Source of the DNA: Rebecca billardiae RCC1528
Lineage: Eukaryota > Protista > Haptophyta
DNA: 64,000 nt
Assembly: GCA_965240325.2 (NCBI GenBank)
Contig: OZ251226.1
Span: forward strand, 1,054,001 to 1,118,000
Reading direction: 5' to 3'
Below are positions 45,987 through 57,264 of the stretch, piece after piece. The notes under the pieces are model-generated. The model had not been told where the DNA came from. It saw only the letters and a list, made by a program, of their open reading frames with translations, and did no database searches. Made by a program: the position numbers and the translations under genes. Every line of letters begins with the position of its first letter. The stretch's first letter is position 1.

Positions 45987-48422
45987 ATGATCGACTTTCA
46001 AAGGATGGCTGCGTCGGGCGAGCTGCCGTCGTCGGAGGTGGTGTGCGTCGAGTACCCAGGCTTCGTGCGGGACGCGTCCAAGGCGCTGGGCACCCTCGGC
46101 GGCATCGACGCCATCGCGCAGGCGCAGCAGAGGCACACCTTCCTGCAGCTCCGCCTCCGTCCGTCCGATCCATACTCGCACCCGCTGTACGCGGAGCGCT
46201 CGGATGTGCCGGCGCTTCTGCTCCGCGTGCGCCGGCCGCGGGCGGGGCAGGGCGCGGCTGCCGAGCCGCCGCCTCTGCAGGCCGAGATCGTCTCGCGCGT
46301 CGCGACCACCTTCCGCTTCCGCGGGATGGCCGACTTCCAGTACATCGTGCAAGGCCATGCGCACTCGCTCGCAGAGGAGGTTCAGCGCGGCCTCGATGCG
46401 CGCACGCAGCCCACGAGCGCCGAGGCGCTGCGTACCGAGCCGCTCGACATCGTGCCGCCGCTCTTCTCACCCACGGACATCCCGCAGAAGGCGTACGTGC
46501 AAACCTGGGTCGGGCGCAAGCTGATCACGCCGCGGTCGAACGGCACGGACAACGCGACGGCCGTTGGCAAGGGCGGGGTCCGCCGGCCCAGCCCGCCGCC
46601 TGTGAAGCTGCAGCGCCTCGCGTTCTCGCCCACCGGCCCGGTGCCCGTCCGCCCGACCGCCGCGCTGCCCGAGCACGTCTCCCGCGCGCACGCGCACCTG
46701 CTCTCCCAGCTCGAGCAGCTCTTTGCGCAGCGGCCCATCTGGACCAAGGTTGCGATCGAGGGCCGGCTGGGGCGCACGCGCTCAGACGCGCTCAAGCTGC
46801 TGCTGCCCTCCGTGGCGTACTTCTTCACGACGGGGCCGTGGTCGAGGTGCTACGTGCGCTTCGGGTACGACCCGCGCGCCTCGCCCGACTCGCGCATCTA
46901 CCAGGTGATGGACGTGCGCGTGCGCGGGCCGCGCGTGCGCGCGCTGCCGCCGGGCCGCGATCGCGGCCCGCGCGCCGGCAGCGCGCTCGCCGGGGGCGTG
47001 GGTGGCGCAGGCGAGCACACCGTGCCGCTGAAGCGCACCATCGCCAAGATCTCTGCGCCACACCGGCTGCGCCAGTGCGGCGGCGCCGCGAAGAGCCAGC
47101 GCGTGCACGCAGACGGCTCTGCGGACGCAGGCCAGTGCGCCGCGGCCGCGCCGACGGGTGCCGGGGACGCCCTCAGCGGCGATGGCGCGGGCGCCGACGG
47201 AGGCGGCGGCCTCAGCGGTCAGCAGATGCTCAACCAGCGGCAGCTATGGTGCGCGCACGCGCGCGCGCGCGGCGCTTACGCGTGCGCACGCGCGCGAGCG
47301 CCGCGCCGCGCCGCGCCGCGTGGTACTCAGCGCGCCCCGGCCACCACCCGCGCTCCCGCTCCCCTCCGCCGCAGCATCCAGCTGTGCGACATTCGCGACA
47401 CCAAACTGCATGCCACGATTCACGACCCGCCGAGCGGTGTGCCGGTCTGCGACCCCAAGTCCGGATGGTACCCTGAGCTCGCGTTCGACCTGCTGCGCCG
47501 GCAGATGAAGACGGGCCTCATGCCCGCCGCGGCCGCTACGGCCAATGCCGCGGCCGCAGCCCGCGTGGCCGGTGGCCCTGGCGCGCCGCGTGGCGGGCGC
47601 GGTCGAGGCCGTGGCGCCTCGGCACCGCGCAGCGGTGGCGGCGCCACCGCAGCCGCTGCTGGCGCGAGCGCCGACCCAATGGCCGCTTTCCCCGCGCTCA
47701 GCGCTCCGTTTGCGCTCCCCGTGCCCGATGACAGCGGGCCGCCCGTGGGCTCCCTCGGGCCCGTCATTGACGCGCAGCTGGCGCCGCTCACGCTGGCTGC
47801 CCCCGCCCCGGGCAATGCGCCGCGTGCGGGGGGAGCACTCGGCCCACGCGGCGGCGGCGGCGGCCCGAGCGCGCACGGCTCGCGCCGTGCGCCCGTGCCG
47901 CCCGTGCGGCCGAGTCGGCAGGGGCTGCTGGGAGCGCCACGAGCGCGTGCCGGCCTCATGGCACAACTCACGCTGCGTGGGCCCACGGCGGGTGGCGGCG
48001 CTGCGCCCTCTGCCACGGACGACGCCGACGAGGCGGAGCCGGAAGCGGCGAAGGAGGCCGAGGCGGACGAGGCCGAAGACGACGAGGGGGATGAGGGTGG
48101 CGGAGAGGAGATGGGAGGCGAGGATGAGGAGGACGAGGGTGAGGACGACGACGACGACGAGGGCGGCGACTTGGCGCCCGCACGTGAGGGTGGTCACGGC
48201 GCCGAGGAGGACGACGACGGTGAGGACGAGGAGAGCAGTGGTGCCGACGCAGACGACGGCCGCGCCGTGCCCGCGCCTCCGCCGCAGCAGACGGAGCAGA
48301 TGGCAGCCATGCTGGCCTTGCTGCACCAGCGCCAAGAGAGTGGCGGCGAGCTGTTCACCGATGCGGTCAACTTTGGGGACGACGAGGATGACGACGACGA
48401 ATTCGATGACGACGTGTTCTAG
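45987..48422 (+). CDS. GTF3C5: TFIIIC subunit tau95/Sfc1; predicted in-frame intron 47249-47374
   Basis: VEYPGFV...KALGTLGG, LRP.DPYSHP, FRFRGMADFQY, LF.QRPIW, YFFTTGPW.RCYVRFGYDPR, QLCDI, acidic tail. Confidence 0.9.
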   Translation: MIDFQRMAASGELPSSEVVCVEYPGFVRDASKALGTLGGIDAIAQAQQRHTFLQLRLRPSDPYSHPLYAERSDVPALLLRVRRPRAGQGAAAEPPPLQAEIVSRVATTFRFRGMADFQYIVQGHAHSLAEEVQRGLDARTQPTSAEALRTEPLDIVPPLFSPTDIPQKAYVQTWVGRKLITPRSNGTDNATAVGKGGVRRPSPPPVKLQRLAFSPTGPVPVRPTAALPEHVSRAHAHLLSQLEQLFAQRPIWTKVAIEGRLGRTRSDALKLLLPSVAYFFTTGPWSRCYVRFGYDPRASPDSRIYQVMDVRVRGPRVRALPPGRDRGPRAGSALAGGVGGAGEHTVPLKRTIAKISAPHRLRQCGGAAKSQRVHADGSADAGQCAAAAPTGAGDALSGDGAGADGGGGLSGQQMLNQRQLWCAHARARGAYACARARAPRRAAPRGTQRAPATTRAPAPLRRSIQLCDIRDTKLHATIHDPPSGVPVCDPKSGWYPELAFDLLRRQMKTGLMPAAAATANAAAAARVAGGPGAPRGGRGRGRGASAPRSGGGATAAAAGASADPMAAFPALSAPFALPVPDDSGPPVGSLGPVIDAQLAPLTLAAPAPGNAPRAGGALGPRGGGGGPSAHGSRRAPVPPVRPSRQGLLGAPRARAGLMAQLTLRGPTAGGGAAPSATDDADEAEPEAAKEAEADEAEDDEGDEGGGEEMGGEDEEDEGEDDDDDEGGDLAPAREGGHGAEEDDDGEDEESSGADADDGRAVPAPPPQQTEQMAAMLALLHQRQESGGELFTDAVNFGDDEDDDDEFDDDVF

Positions 48423-48551
48423 CGTCATCAGCGAGCTGCTAGTATGCCATCTGACGATGCGCTGATTGAGCAGCGAAGCAGATACGTGATGCGAACTGAT
48501 GCTAGCTAGCGATTTTGCTGTAGCTAGTCCGTCCGAGTGAGTATATACTAC

Positions 48552-50183
48552 TGGCCCGCGGTGCAGGGCGGAGCGCGCAGCGTGGAGCCCGCACCAGCGG
48601 GCCCGAACCACGTTTCAAAAAGATCTTTGATCAAGAAAAAAGGGACGGGGGCGATTTTTAGGGCTGGCGGAGACCGAGTTTCGAGTTTTTGAGATCGCAT
48701 AGAGAGGTCTATTAGGCCGAAAATAAGCGCGTCCAGCTCATTCCCTTAAGTAAAGTGCGATCTGGACGTCAGCTGGACGTGACATTAACGTAACGGTTCG
48801 TTACGAGCGCGATTTTGTGGGTAGACTCTCGTTCATGTGTGATAGTTTGCCTCCGCCTTGATGAATATGAACTTGGCTTCGCGGCGGTTGGTATCTAGAG
48901 TCTAAAACCCGCAAGCCTTATTGAAAATACCCGCGCAGCTATTCGTTGCCAGCCCATTCCATAGTCACTGACTTACCGAGCTGGCGAGCTCAAAACCTGC
49001 CGTCGTCGCAAGGACGACGTGCTGTGCAGGTTTCTTCTGCTGGGGTGGCGAGCGAGCCTCGACGACTCTTGGTTGGTCCGCAAGGGGGCGCTCGATGGGC
49101 AGGTGCGCGTGGCAAGTGCCGAGTGGCGCCTGGAGCGCGCGTCTGCGGCGGGTCCCGACGGCCGTCGACATCGCGTTCGTGCCCGCTCACTAGTCACTCC
49201 GCACGCCCCTGCCGCGCCCTGTCGATGCCTGCGCGGCCGGCCGGCGCGCGGCCGCGCCGCCGCCGCCGCAGCCGCCGCCCTGTGTTCGGGCTCTCGCAAG
49301 CTCGGGGGCAGCGGCGCATGATGCCGGACTGATCGATCTCGGAGTCTCCGACTTCACCACACGCCCCCCTTGCCATGCCTCTCCGCCAGGGTCTCCCAGA
49401 ACTCTTCTTCAGAGCAGGCGCAAGTCGAACTCGGAACTGGCCGCGGCCCCGCGCGCCGTCGGCTCCCCGTGGCTGTCAGCTCCGCGTGGCCTGGGCGCCT
49501 GGCGTGCCCAGAGCTGGCCGTGCCTCTGCGACGCGTGCCGAGCCTGACCGAGGTGTGTCACCCCGTGCACGCGCGGCGCGCGCAAGCACCGGTGCTGCAT
49601 GGCTGCTCGCACCGTGCTCCCTGGCTCGCGGTCAGTCAGCTCGGCCGCGTGGTGCCTACTGCCTGGTGTGCACGTAGACGACGTAGAGTCGCGCTCATGC
49701 GTCGCTCACGCCTCGCGCCCGCCTGTCGGCCGTCGCGCAGGCGCGCAGGTCGAACCCTACTGACCTGCAGATCATCTACTCCTGCGCTGCTGGCGTCGCG
49801 GCGACGACGGTCAGCGGCAGGCCCGAACGAACGGTCGAATCCGCGCGGTCCCGCGCCGTCCGGCTCCCTGGCTGTCAGTCAGCTCCGCCGGTGGCCTGGC
49901 GTGCAAGAGTCGCGCTCGTGCGTCGATCACGCCGAGTCGCATCCGCCTGTCGGCCGTCGCGCACGCGCAGGGGGTCAGGTAAGGGCCGTCTGTGATGAGG
50001 GCAGCTCGGCCGACGACCGACATCCACACTCGGCGCACGCCGGCGGCGGCGCGGCGCTGGGGCGGCGCGCCGCTGGATGGAGTCTAGTTACACGTGTACG
50101 GGACGACTGCGACGGAGGGTGCACCGCCACCGCGGGCCCCGAACTACGTTCGTTCTACGGAAAAGGACCGCGGAACGCGGTCA
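48552..50183 (+). mobile_element. Non-autonomous Helitron2-like element, family 2, copy 1
   Basis: First ~265 bp and last ~55 bp shared with 57265-58999; 5' hairpin, asymmetric inverted repeat, 3' hairpin GACCGCG-GAA-CGCGGTC. Confidence 0.7.
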
Positions 50184-51833
50184 TATATATATGTTGTAGA
50201 CGATATATATACACATATATATGCGACGCAACTATAATATTATTACTATATATATATATATATATCACTCAGTGCTAAGCCAGATGACTATCACACTAAG
50301 CTAACTCACTTCACACTTGACTGCTGCAATACTCCAATAATAATATAGGCGGCGGACAAACATACGCGATTCTTCAGAGTTGAGCCGCAGTATATATATG
50401 TGGGATTATTCTGGAAACCCACGAGAACAAAGGCACGACTTCACGCTGGGGACCAGCCCGTCGCAGGCCTTTTTTTGACGCCCCGGCTCACCACCGGCCC
50501 AGTCGCCGGGTCACATAAGCGGAATTCGCGTACCCACTTACGCGCTCGATAGGACAAAAGCCGCTCGTCGTTCGGTCAAAAGCCGCTCGTCGTTCGGCGT
50601 TTTGCGTACTCACATTCGCGCGAATCGCATCGGCCCATTCGTCATGTCGCGAGTTCACAGTTCACACTTCACATTCACACGATCCGTCACTTTCTCGCTA
50701 GACATTTCACGAGCAGAGGGGCGCGCTGATATTGGCACGCGGGTATCATCTTGCATTGGACTACGAGCATCGGAGCAACCGCGCCTCGCATCGACGACGT
50801 CCCGTGAAGGACGACAAGGCGGAGAGCTATAGCCCACGCCATTCCAAGGGTCGCCCTTGCGATTGACGTCTCGTTCGGTCGCGCGACGAGCGGCTCGCGT
50901 GCGGCGCCAAGCGAGAGACGCGGGGCGCGCGGCGGGCGCACGCGCGAGGCTGCCCACCACGCGCACGCGCGCGACCCCGCCGGCTCGGGCGACACGCCGC
51001 CGCCTCAGCTCGAGCACGAGCGCGAGGCGTGGCGCCGGCTCGGTGGGCGGCGGACGGCTCGACCTGCACTGCGGTGCCAGCGGATGAAGCGGCAAGCCCG
51101 GCGGGCGCATACGCGCAGGTCCGCCCTCCACGCGCGAGCGCGCGACTGCGTGTTCCACGAGCTGCAGCAGGCGGCCGCGGGCTGGTCGGCGGCCGGCGAG
51201 GTCGGCGGAGTGCCGCCCGGCCCGCGTTCTCGCTTGGGCGCGGGCCACACTCTCACTCACAGCGCGGGGCGTGGTGCTGCGGACGGGCCAGTCATTGCAG
51301 CGCGCACTCCGTGGTCAGACGTGCACACGCGCGCGCGTCGTCAGCCCCGCCGCTGCGCCCCTGTGGCGCCGTTGGCAGCGTCGGAATTCCGAGCTCGGGC
51401 TACCGGCCCGGCGTGCCATCATGCGTTTCAGAAACAGGTTTCCAGCCCAAGTTGACGCGCAGCGCCAACCCATATTGGTTCTCGTCGACGGCGAGCGGCA
51501 TGCCCACCGCATCTGCTGCCGCTCGCCAAGGCATGAGGACACGTAAATTCCACTGAGTAGGAACACACGCAGCCGCCTCGGCATCAACATGCCAGGCGTG
51601 CCCACCTTCTGCCGGCTGCGCCTGTCACATCATCAGCGTTTGGCGGCCGGCGTTCCGACGAAAGGACGGCTATAAGAATAAGATCGACAGAGACTAGCTC
51701 TCGTCTCTGCTATATATATATAGTAGCGCGCGACGATAGATTGATCATCGTCGATCGACTCACGACTGTCATAGCTATATCGCGGTCGACGAAGCGGAAG
51801 AACGACTCTGTCTGCTCTGCAACAGTCGTCTGC

Positions 51834-54800
51834 TCACCTTAGCAGCTTCTTGATGAACACGATGAGCCGCTCGCCGAGGGGCATCTGGCTGTACTCCTCG
51901 CCGATATCCTCGTCGATGCTCTTGACGGCGCATCGGCCGATGGCCTCAATGAACTCGATGTAGATCAGCTCGGCATCGCTGTTCTCGACGGGATCGCCGA
52001 GCAACGCCGCTGCTTCGCTCGGGGCGATGTCCGCGGCCGACTGCGCCAGATAGAAGGCCTCTATCGCCTCGTGCATCTTGAGGCTCTCCTCGAGCTCGCC
52101 GTAGTCTACGAGCTCCTTCGTCTTGAGCATCGCGGCGAACTCCTTGAGGTTCATCGTGCGGTCATCACCGCCCTGGTCAACGGTCTTCCACCTGTCGAAC
52201 ACGGACTGCGGCCCGGCGGCGCGCGGCGGGGCGCAGGCAGTGGCGAGCGCCGCCGCGCGCGCGCGTGAGCGGTCCCGCGCCGCGCGCAGTGCCAGCATCA
52301 CAGCGCACATCTGCGCGGCGCGGCAGCCCCTGGCGCACCTTGAGCGGGTACCAGTACGGCTCGAGCTTGCGCTGCACGTCCTGCGCCCAGAACTCCCGGC
52401 GGAACTGGTCGGAGTCCTCCTTCTGCCCGAACGCGAGCACGTGCTGCTTGAGCAGCTGCTCAAACGTCTTTGCGACGGTCGGTCGCGGCTCGGCGCCCGT
52501 GCGCTGCCGCCTCAGCATCGCCAACCGGACGAGACCGTGGAGCCAGTCGGCGAAGCCCATGCTCACCCCCGCCTGCGCGGTGTGTCGGCGCGGGCGGCGG
52601 CGGCGGCGGCGAGGGCGCCATGCGCGCGGCGTGGGTCGTGTGCGCGCCGCGCGGGGTCGGCAGCGGCCGCCGGGGCAGCCGGCAGCCGAGGCGGCCGCAG
52701 CGCGCGCGGGAGGCGACGGCGCGCGCGGGCAGCGCGCGCGCCGTGCAAACGCGCGCAGCAGGCGCGCCCGAGACGCCGCCCTCCGCCGCGGGCGCACTCC
52801 CCACGCCACCGCGCAGCGCCGCCCCACCGGCGGCGCGGCGGCACACACACCCCGCGCGCCGCGCCCGTCCCGCCGCGCACCTCGTCGAGTTGGTGCGCGG
52901 GCGCGTGCTGCACAAATAGTCGGTCGATCTCTGAGAGGTGGTGGGTGGCGCCGTCGGCGAGCTTGCAAACCTTGCAGAAGTGCCACAGCTCCTTGAGGCT
53001 GAGCTCGAGGGCGCGCGGGTCGAAGAGCTGCTCCTCGGCCTGCCCCGCCTCGCGCTCCTCGGAGGAGGCGTAGAAGCTGCGCTCGGCAGCGGGAGGGGGA
53101 TGGCCCCCAGGCGAGGCGAATGCGCGTGCGCGGTCGAGGCAGCGTGCGGATCGCGGGCGGGGCGGGTGAGTCAGGGCCGCTCACCGCGCCGTGTACGCGC
53201 GCGCCGCCGGGCACGGAGCGGGCCCGAGGGAGGGCCCGCGCCAGGCGTCCGAGCGCACAGCCGCCCCACCGCCCCCCCGCCCCAGCCCGCCCTGCGCGCG
53301 CCCGCGGCCGCGCGCACCGGAAGACCGCGCGCAGCTTGACGTAATTGTTCCACGCGTGCGCGCGCACGGCCGCGAGCTCGAGCTGCGCCTGCGTGCTGTC
53401 CGGCTCGGCGCCGCTGCCGAGCTCGTCGCCGAGCTCGGCGAGGAGCTCGGCCTCGAGCTGTCCCCACACCTCGCCCAGCTCGACCTCGAGCGGGTTCGCC
53501 ACCGCCAGCGCCCCCTGCCCCACGTCCATCTCGGTGAGGAACACCCGGACTTTCTCGTCCTCTGGCAGGTAGGGCTCGAGCGCGTCGCCGAGCCGCGCGC
53601 TGATCTCCTTCTTCTCGCGGCCGGAGAGCAGGCTCCAGACGGCGTCCCAGTTCTTCGGGTCGACGCAGCGGCGGAAGAGGATGACGACGGCGTCGGCGCG
53701 CTGCTGGTACGTGAACAGCCCCACCAGCTGCCGCGCCTGCTCGCACGTGAAGTAGTGCGCGATCGCGGCCGTTCGCAGGTGCACGAGTCTCTCCTGATCG
53801 TTCAGGTGCGAGGTCGCCATCTCGTGGTGGAACGAGCGGAAGACCTGGTCGCGCTGCGCGCGGGCGTCCTTGGGCACGCGCTTGCCCGAGACGTAGTCGT
53901 ACGTGAGCACCCCCTCCGGCGGCAGCGGCCAGTCCTGGATGTCCTTCCCCTCGCCGAACTCGACAGGCTTGCCGTTGAGCGCCACGCTCAAAAAGTTGTC
54001 GATACCCGACGCCTCGTCCTGCCGGTCGAGCTCGAGGTGCGCCTCGACGATCCGTCGCTCGAAGGGCTTGGCGAGGTCGATGGTGAAGCGGCCGGTCGGG
54101 TTGTGCGGGTCGAAGAGCTGCACGCCCGAGCGCTCGAGGCACACGCCGTGCAGCCCGAGGTCGCGCACCGTGCAGTGCACGCCCACCGCCTGCACCAAGT
54201 AGCCCACGCCCGTGTCCTTGAGCGGGTTCCCGTTGAGCTGCAGCGAGCGCAGCGTCTCGTTGGCGCGGATGCCGTCGGCGAGGCTGAGCGCGCCGTCCTC
54301 GCCGACGTTGTTCTTCGAGATGTCGAGGAACTGCAGCTCGCGGTTATCCGCCAGCGCGTCCGCCAGCGTCTTCGCGCCGCGGTCGCCGATCCCGTTCCAC
54401 GCGAGGTTCAGCCGCTCGACGCGAGACGAGCGCAGCGCGTCGGTGAGCGCGAGCGCGCCGGTGAGCCGGATCGAGTTCCACGAGAAGTCGGCGTAGCGCA
54501 GCTGCTCGCAGTTCGTGAGCAGCTGCGCGAGCGCGAGCGAGCCCGCCTCGTCGATGTTGTTGTCCGACACGTCGAGGCGGGTGACCGACTTGTTCACGCC
54601 GAGCGCCTCGGCGAACGCGAGCGCGCCGAGATCGCCCATGTTGTTGCCGCGGAGCGAGAGCTCGGCGATCGAGGTGTTGAGCGAGAGCGGGCTGGCGAGT
54701 ACGGCGCAGCCGCGCGACGACAGGTTGTTGAACGAGAGGTCGAGCAGCGTGAGCACCTTGTTCGAGGCGATCGCGTCGCAGATGTGGTCCAAGCCGCCCG

Positions 54801-55164
54801 CATCCACGTCGACGCCGAGGCCGAGCTGGTTGTCCTCGAGGTCGAGCGACTGGATGCACTGGTTGACCTTGATGCACTCGAACAGCGCCGCCCCGCCTGC
54901 CGGGCCGATCCCGCGGTGCTTGAGCGACACCGCCTCGCGGTTCATCATCGCGATGAACTGCTGCACCGGGATGATGCCCAGCCGCTCGCACGCCTGGATG
55001 TACGTGCGCACGCCCGTGGTCTGCACAAAGTCAGGCGAGAAGACGCCATCGGCGTTCTCGTCCTCGTCGCTCTCGGGCTCCGACTCCAGAGGGTCGGGCT
55101 CGGCAGCGAACGTGTCCTCCACGTCCTCTTCCGTGAACCCAGGCACCGGCGCCGCCTCCGCCAT
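51834..55164 (-). CDS. RI-type LRR protein (LRRC74/NLRC3-like) with DUF4476-like region and EF-hand-like C-terminus; exons 55164-53318, 53076-52881, 52572-52339, 52205-51834
   Basis: 28-aa LRRs (L.LS.N.I...GA..LA..L), FTCEQARQLV...VD..N, MNLKEFAAML, LIYIEFIEAIGRCA; three GT-AG introns keep the frame. Confidence 0.85.
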
Positions 55165-55248
55165 CCTGGACCGTCGTCGACTCTGCTCGCCGTTACTTGG
55201 ACGCCGGCCCGGCCGGGCGGCCCCGCGCGCGGAAAAGGGCAGCAGCGG

Positions 55249-56353
55249 CAAGGGAGGTCCGGGCCGGGAGCTCCCAGCGAGCGGCCAGCGCGACATCACC
55301 TCAAGGTTTTTCCTGAGCGCCGGGCGGCAGCGGCGGCGAGGGCGGTGCTCCGCTGGCGGGGCGCGCACGGGGCACGGCGCTGCGGGCGCGGATGTGTCCG
55401 CAGAGCCGGCGCGTGCGGACGGGCTGTTGCGGGAGAGCATCTGGCGCCCTCCTGCGCCGCGCGCATTGCGCCACGCCTCTTTCGCCTTGACTCAGGGCAG
55501 CGCGCACATGCGCGCTGCGTCAAGGCCAGCCTTGCCGCGCCGCAGCCGACCGCACGCGCGCCGTGCGCGGCGTGGTCGGGAAGGAACGGGCGCGGCTGCC
55601 GGGCGAGATGGCGACATCACGTGCGCACGCCATGTCGTCCCGCGGCGCCGCGAAAGGGCGCGATAACGGATCCGCACAGCTGTTGACGAGTGCTGATTTC
55701 TTGCCGTGCCTGAAGCCAGACCTGAGCTCGAAAAAGATGATGAAAGTGCATCAGCGCGAGGAAAGCGTCGCACCCAGCACTTCTACATGGCCACGTGGTG
55801 ATGGACATTCATGTAAGAGTAGTCCGCGTGCCCGTCTGGCACTGTTCTGTGTCTCAATGATCGTCCCGACAAGGGTCGCGACCGCGAGGCCGTGCAGACC
55901 ATTTGAGACAACTCGAAGAGGCGTGCAAACGGACCGGCGACACGCTCGTCAAGGCGTGGCGGGGCGGCATGGCGTGCGCACGTGATGTCGCCATCTCGCC
56001 CGGCAGCCACGCCCGTTCCTTCCCGACCACGCCGCGCACGGCGCGCGCGCGGTCGGCTGCGGCGCGGCAAGGCTGGCCTTGACGCGGCGCGCATGTGCGC
56101 GCTGCCCTGAGTCAAGGCGAAAGAGGCGTGGCGCAATGCGCGCGGCGCAGGAGGGCGCCAGATGCTCTCCCGCAACAGCCCGTCCGCACGCGCCGGCTCT
56201 GCGGGCACATCCGCGCCCGCAGCGCCGTGCCCCGTGCGCGCCCCGCCAGCGGAGCACCGCCCTCGCCGCCGCTGCCGCCCGGCGCTCAGGAAAAACCTTG
56301 AGGTGATGTCGCGCTGGCCGCTCGCTGGGAGCTCCCGGCCCGGACCTCCCTTG
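55249..56353. mobile_element. Non-autonomous long-TIR element, P/Galileo-like
   Basis: 395-bp arms 55249-55643 and 55959-56353, termini CAAGG...CCTTG, 7-bp TSD GCAGCGG at 55242-55248 and 56354-56360. Confidence 0.85.
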
Positions 56354-56417
56354 GCAGCGGGCTTTCGCGCGGCGCACAAAAATCTCCGACCGAAAAATCC
56401 CTCGCGCGAGGACGACG

Positions 56418-56874
56418 ATGGTTGGCATCACGAGCGCGTGGCCAATCGCGTCAACATGGAGCCGGCTGTTGCGCGCGCCGCTGCAGATGGCAGTGCGAGG
56501 GTATCGCACGCGCACGTTCACTCCGAAGATGGGCCGTAATCACTACAAAGGCTACGGTGCAAGAACGTTCGGCCGGAAGACGACAAAGGGTATGCCGCGC
56601 TGCTGCACTGCGCGCTCCGCGCACCGGCGCTGCTCATTGCCTCGCTCCCTTTCCCTGCCCGGGCAGGTGCATTCCGCCTGCTCAGGCGGCCGCAGTACCA
56701 CGTGGCGGATCTCAGCGACTTCAAAGTGCGCGCTTGCGCCCTGACCAAGCACATCATCTCCTTGCTCACCGCAGCACCCCCACCCTGCGACTGCGCCCGC
56801 GCGATGTGACGCAGTTGAAGCCCTACGTGTCGCACGGTACATGGAGCGGATGGGCGAAGCGCAAGGACGACTAG
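56418..56874 (+). CDS. MRPL41: Mitochondrial ribosomal protein mL41; exons 56418-56589, 56667-56725, 56815-56874
   Basis: TPKMGRNHYKGYGARTFGRKTTKG|GAF...YHVADLSDFK|LKPYVS after removing two GT-AG introns. Confidence 0.9.
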
Positions 56875-57264
56875 ATCGCGTGTTCATGCATCGTGCCTTC
56901 CCTGATCATGTCATTCATCGTGCCTTGTGACATCGGTCATCAGCAGACGTCAGACGTGACCGGCCGGCCGAAATGACCGTGATCGTGCCGACAGTGGACT
57001 CGGCAACGCGCTGTAAATTATCTGTCACAGCTTGTCACAGTGCCACGTTGGCCCCCCGAACTGCTGAGAGGGCCGCCGACGGATAGAACGTTGTGACGTT
57101 CATCGTGTTGACAGTTGACGATTGATGAGCGCGGTCTTCCCGATCGATCGCCGCGATCGTCCGCCCGGGTCCGGGAATCGTCGGCTTGTCCGCCCGCTTG
57201 TCGCGCGCCCGCGGCGGTGCCGGCGCGGGCGCCGGCTGCGGCCGTGCCGCCCGCGGTCACTTAT

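Noticed and set aside
51400-51625. Minus-strand peptide with HAWHVD (HxD-like)
   Set aside because: Short, no start or second motif; cannot support a gene or pseudogene call.
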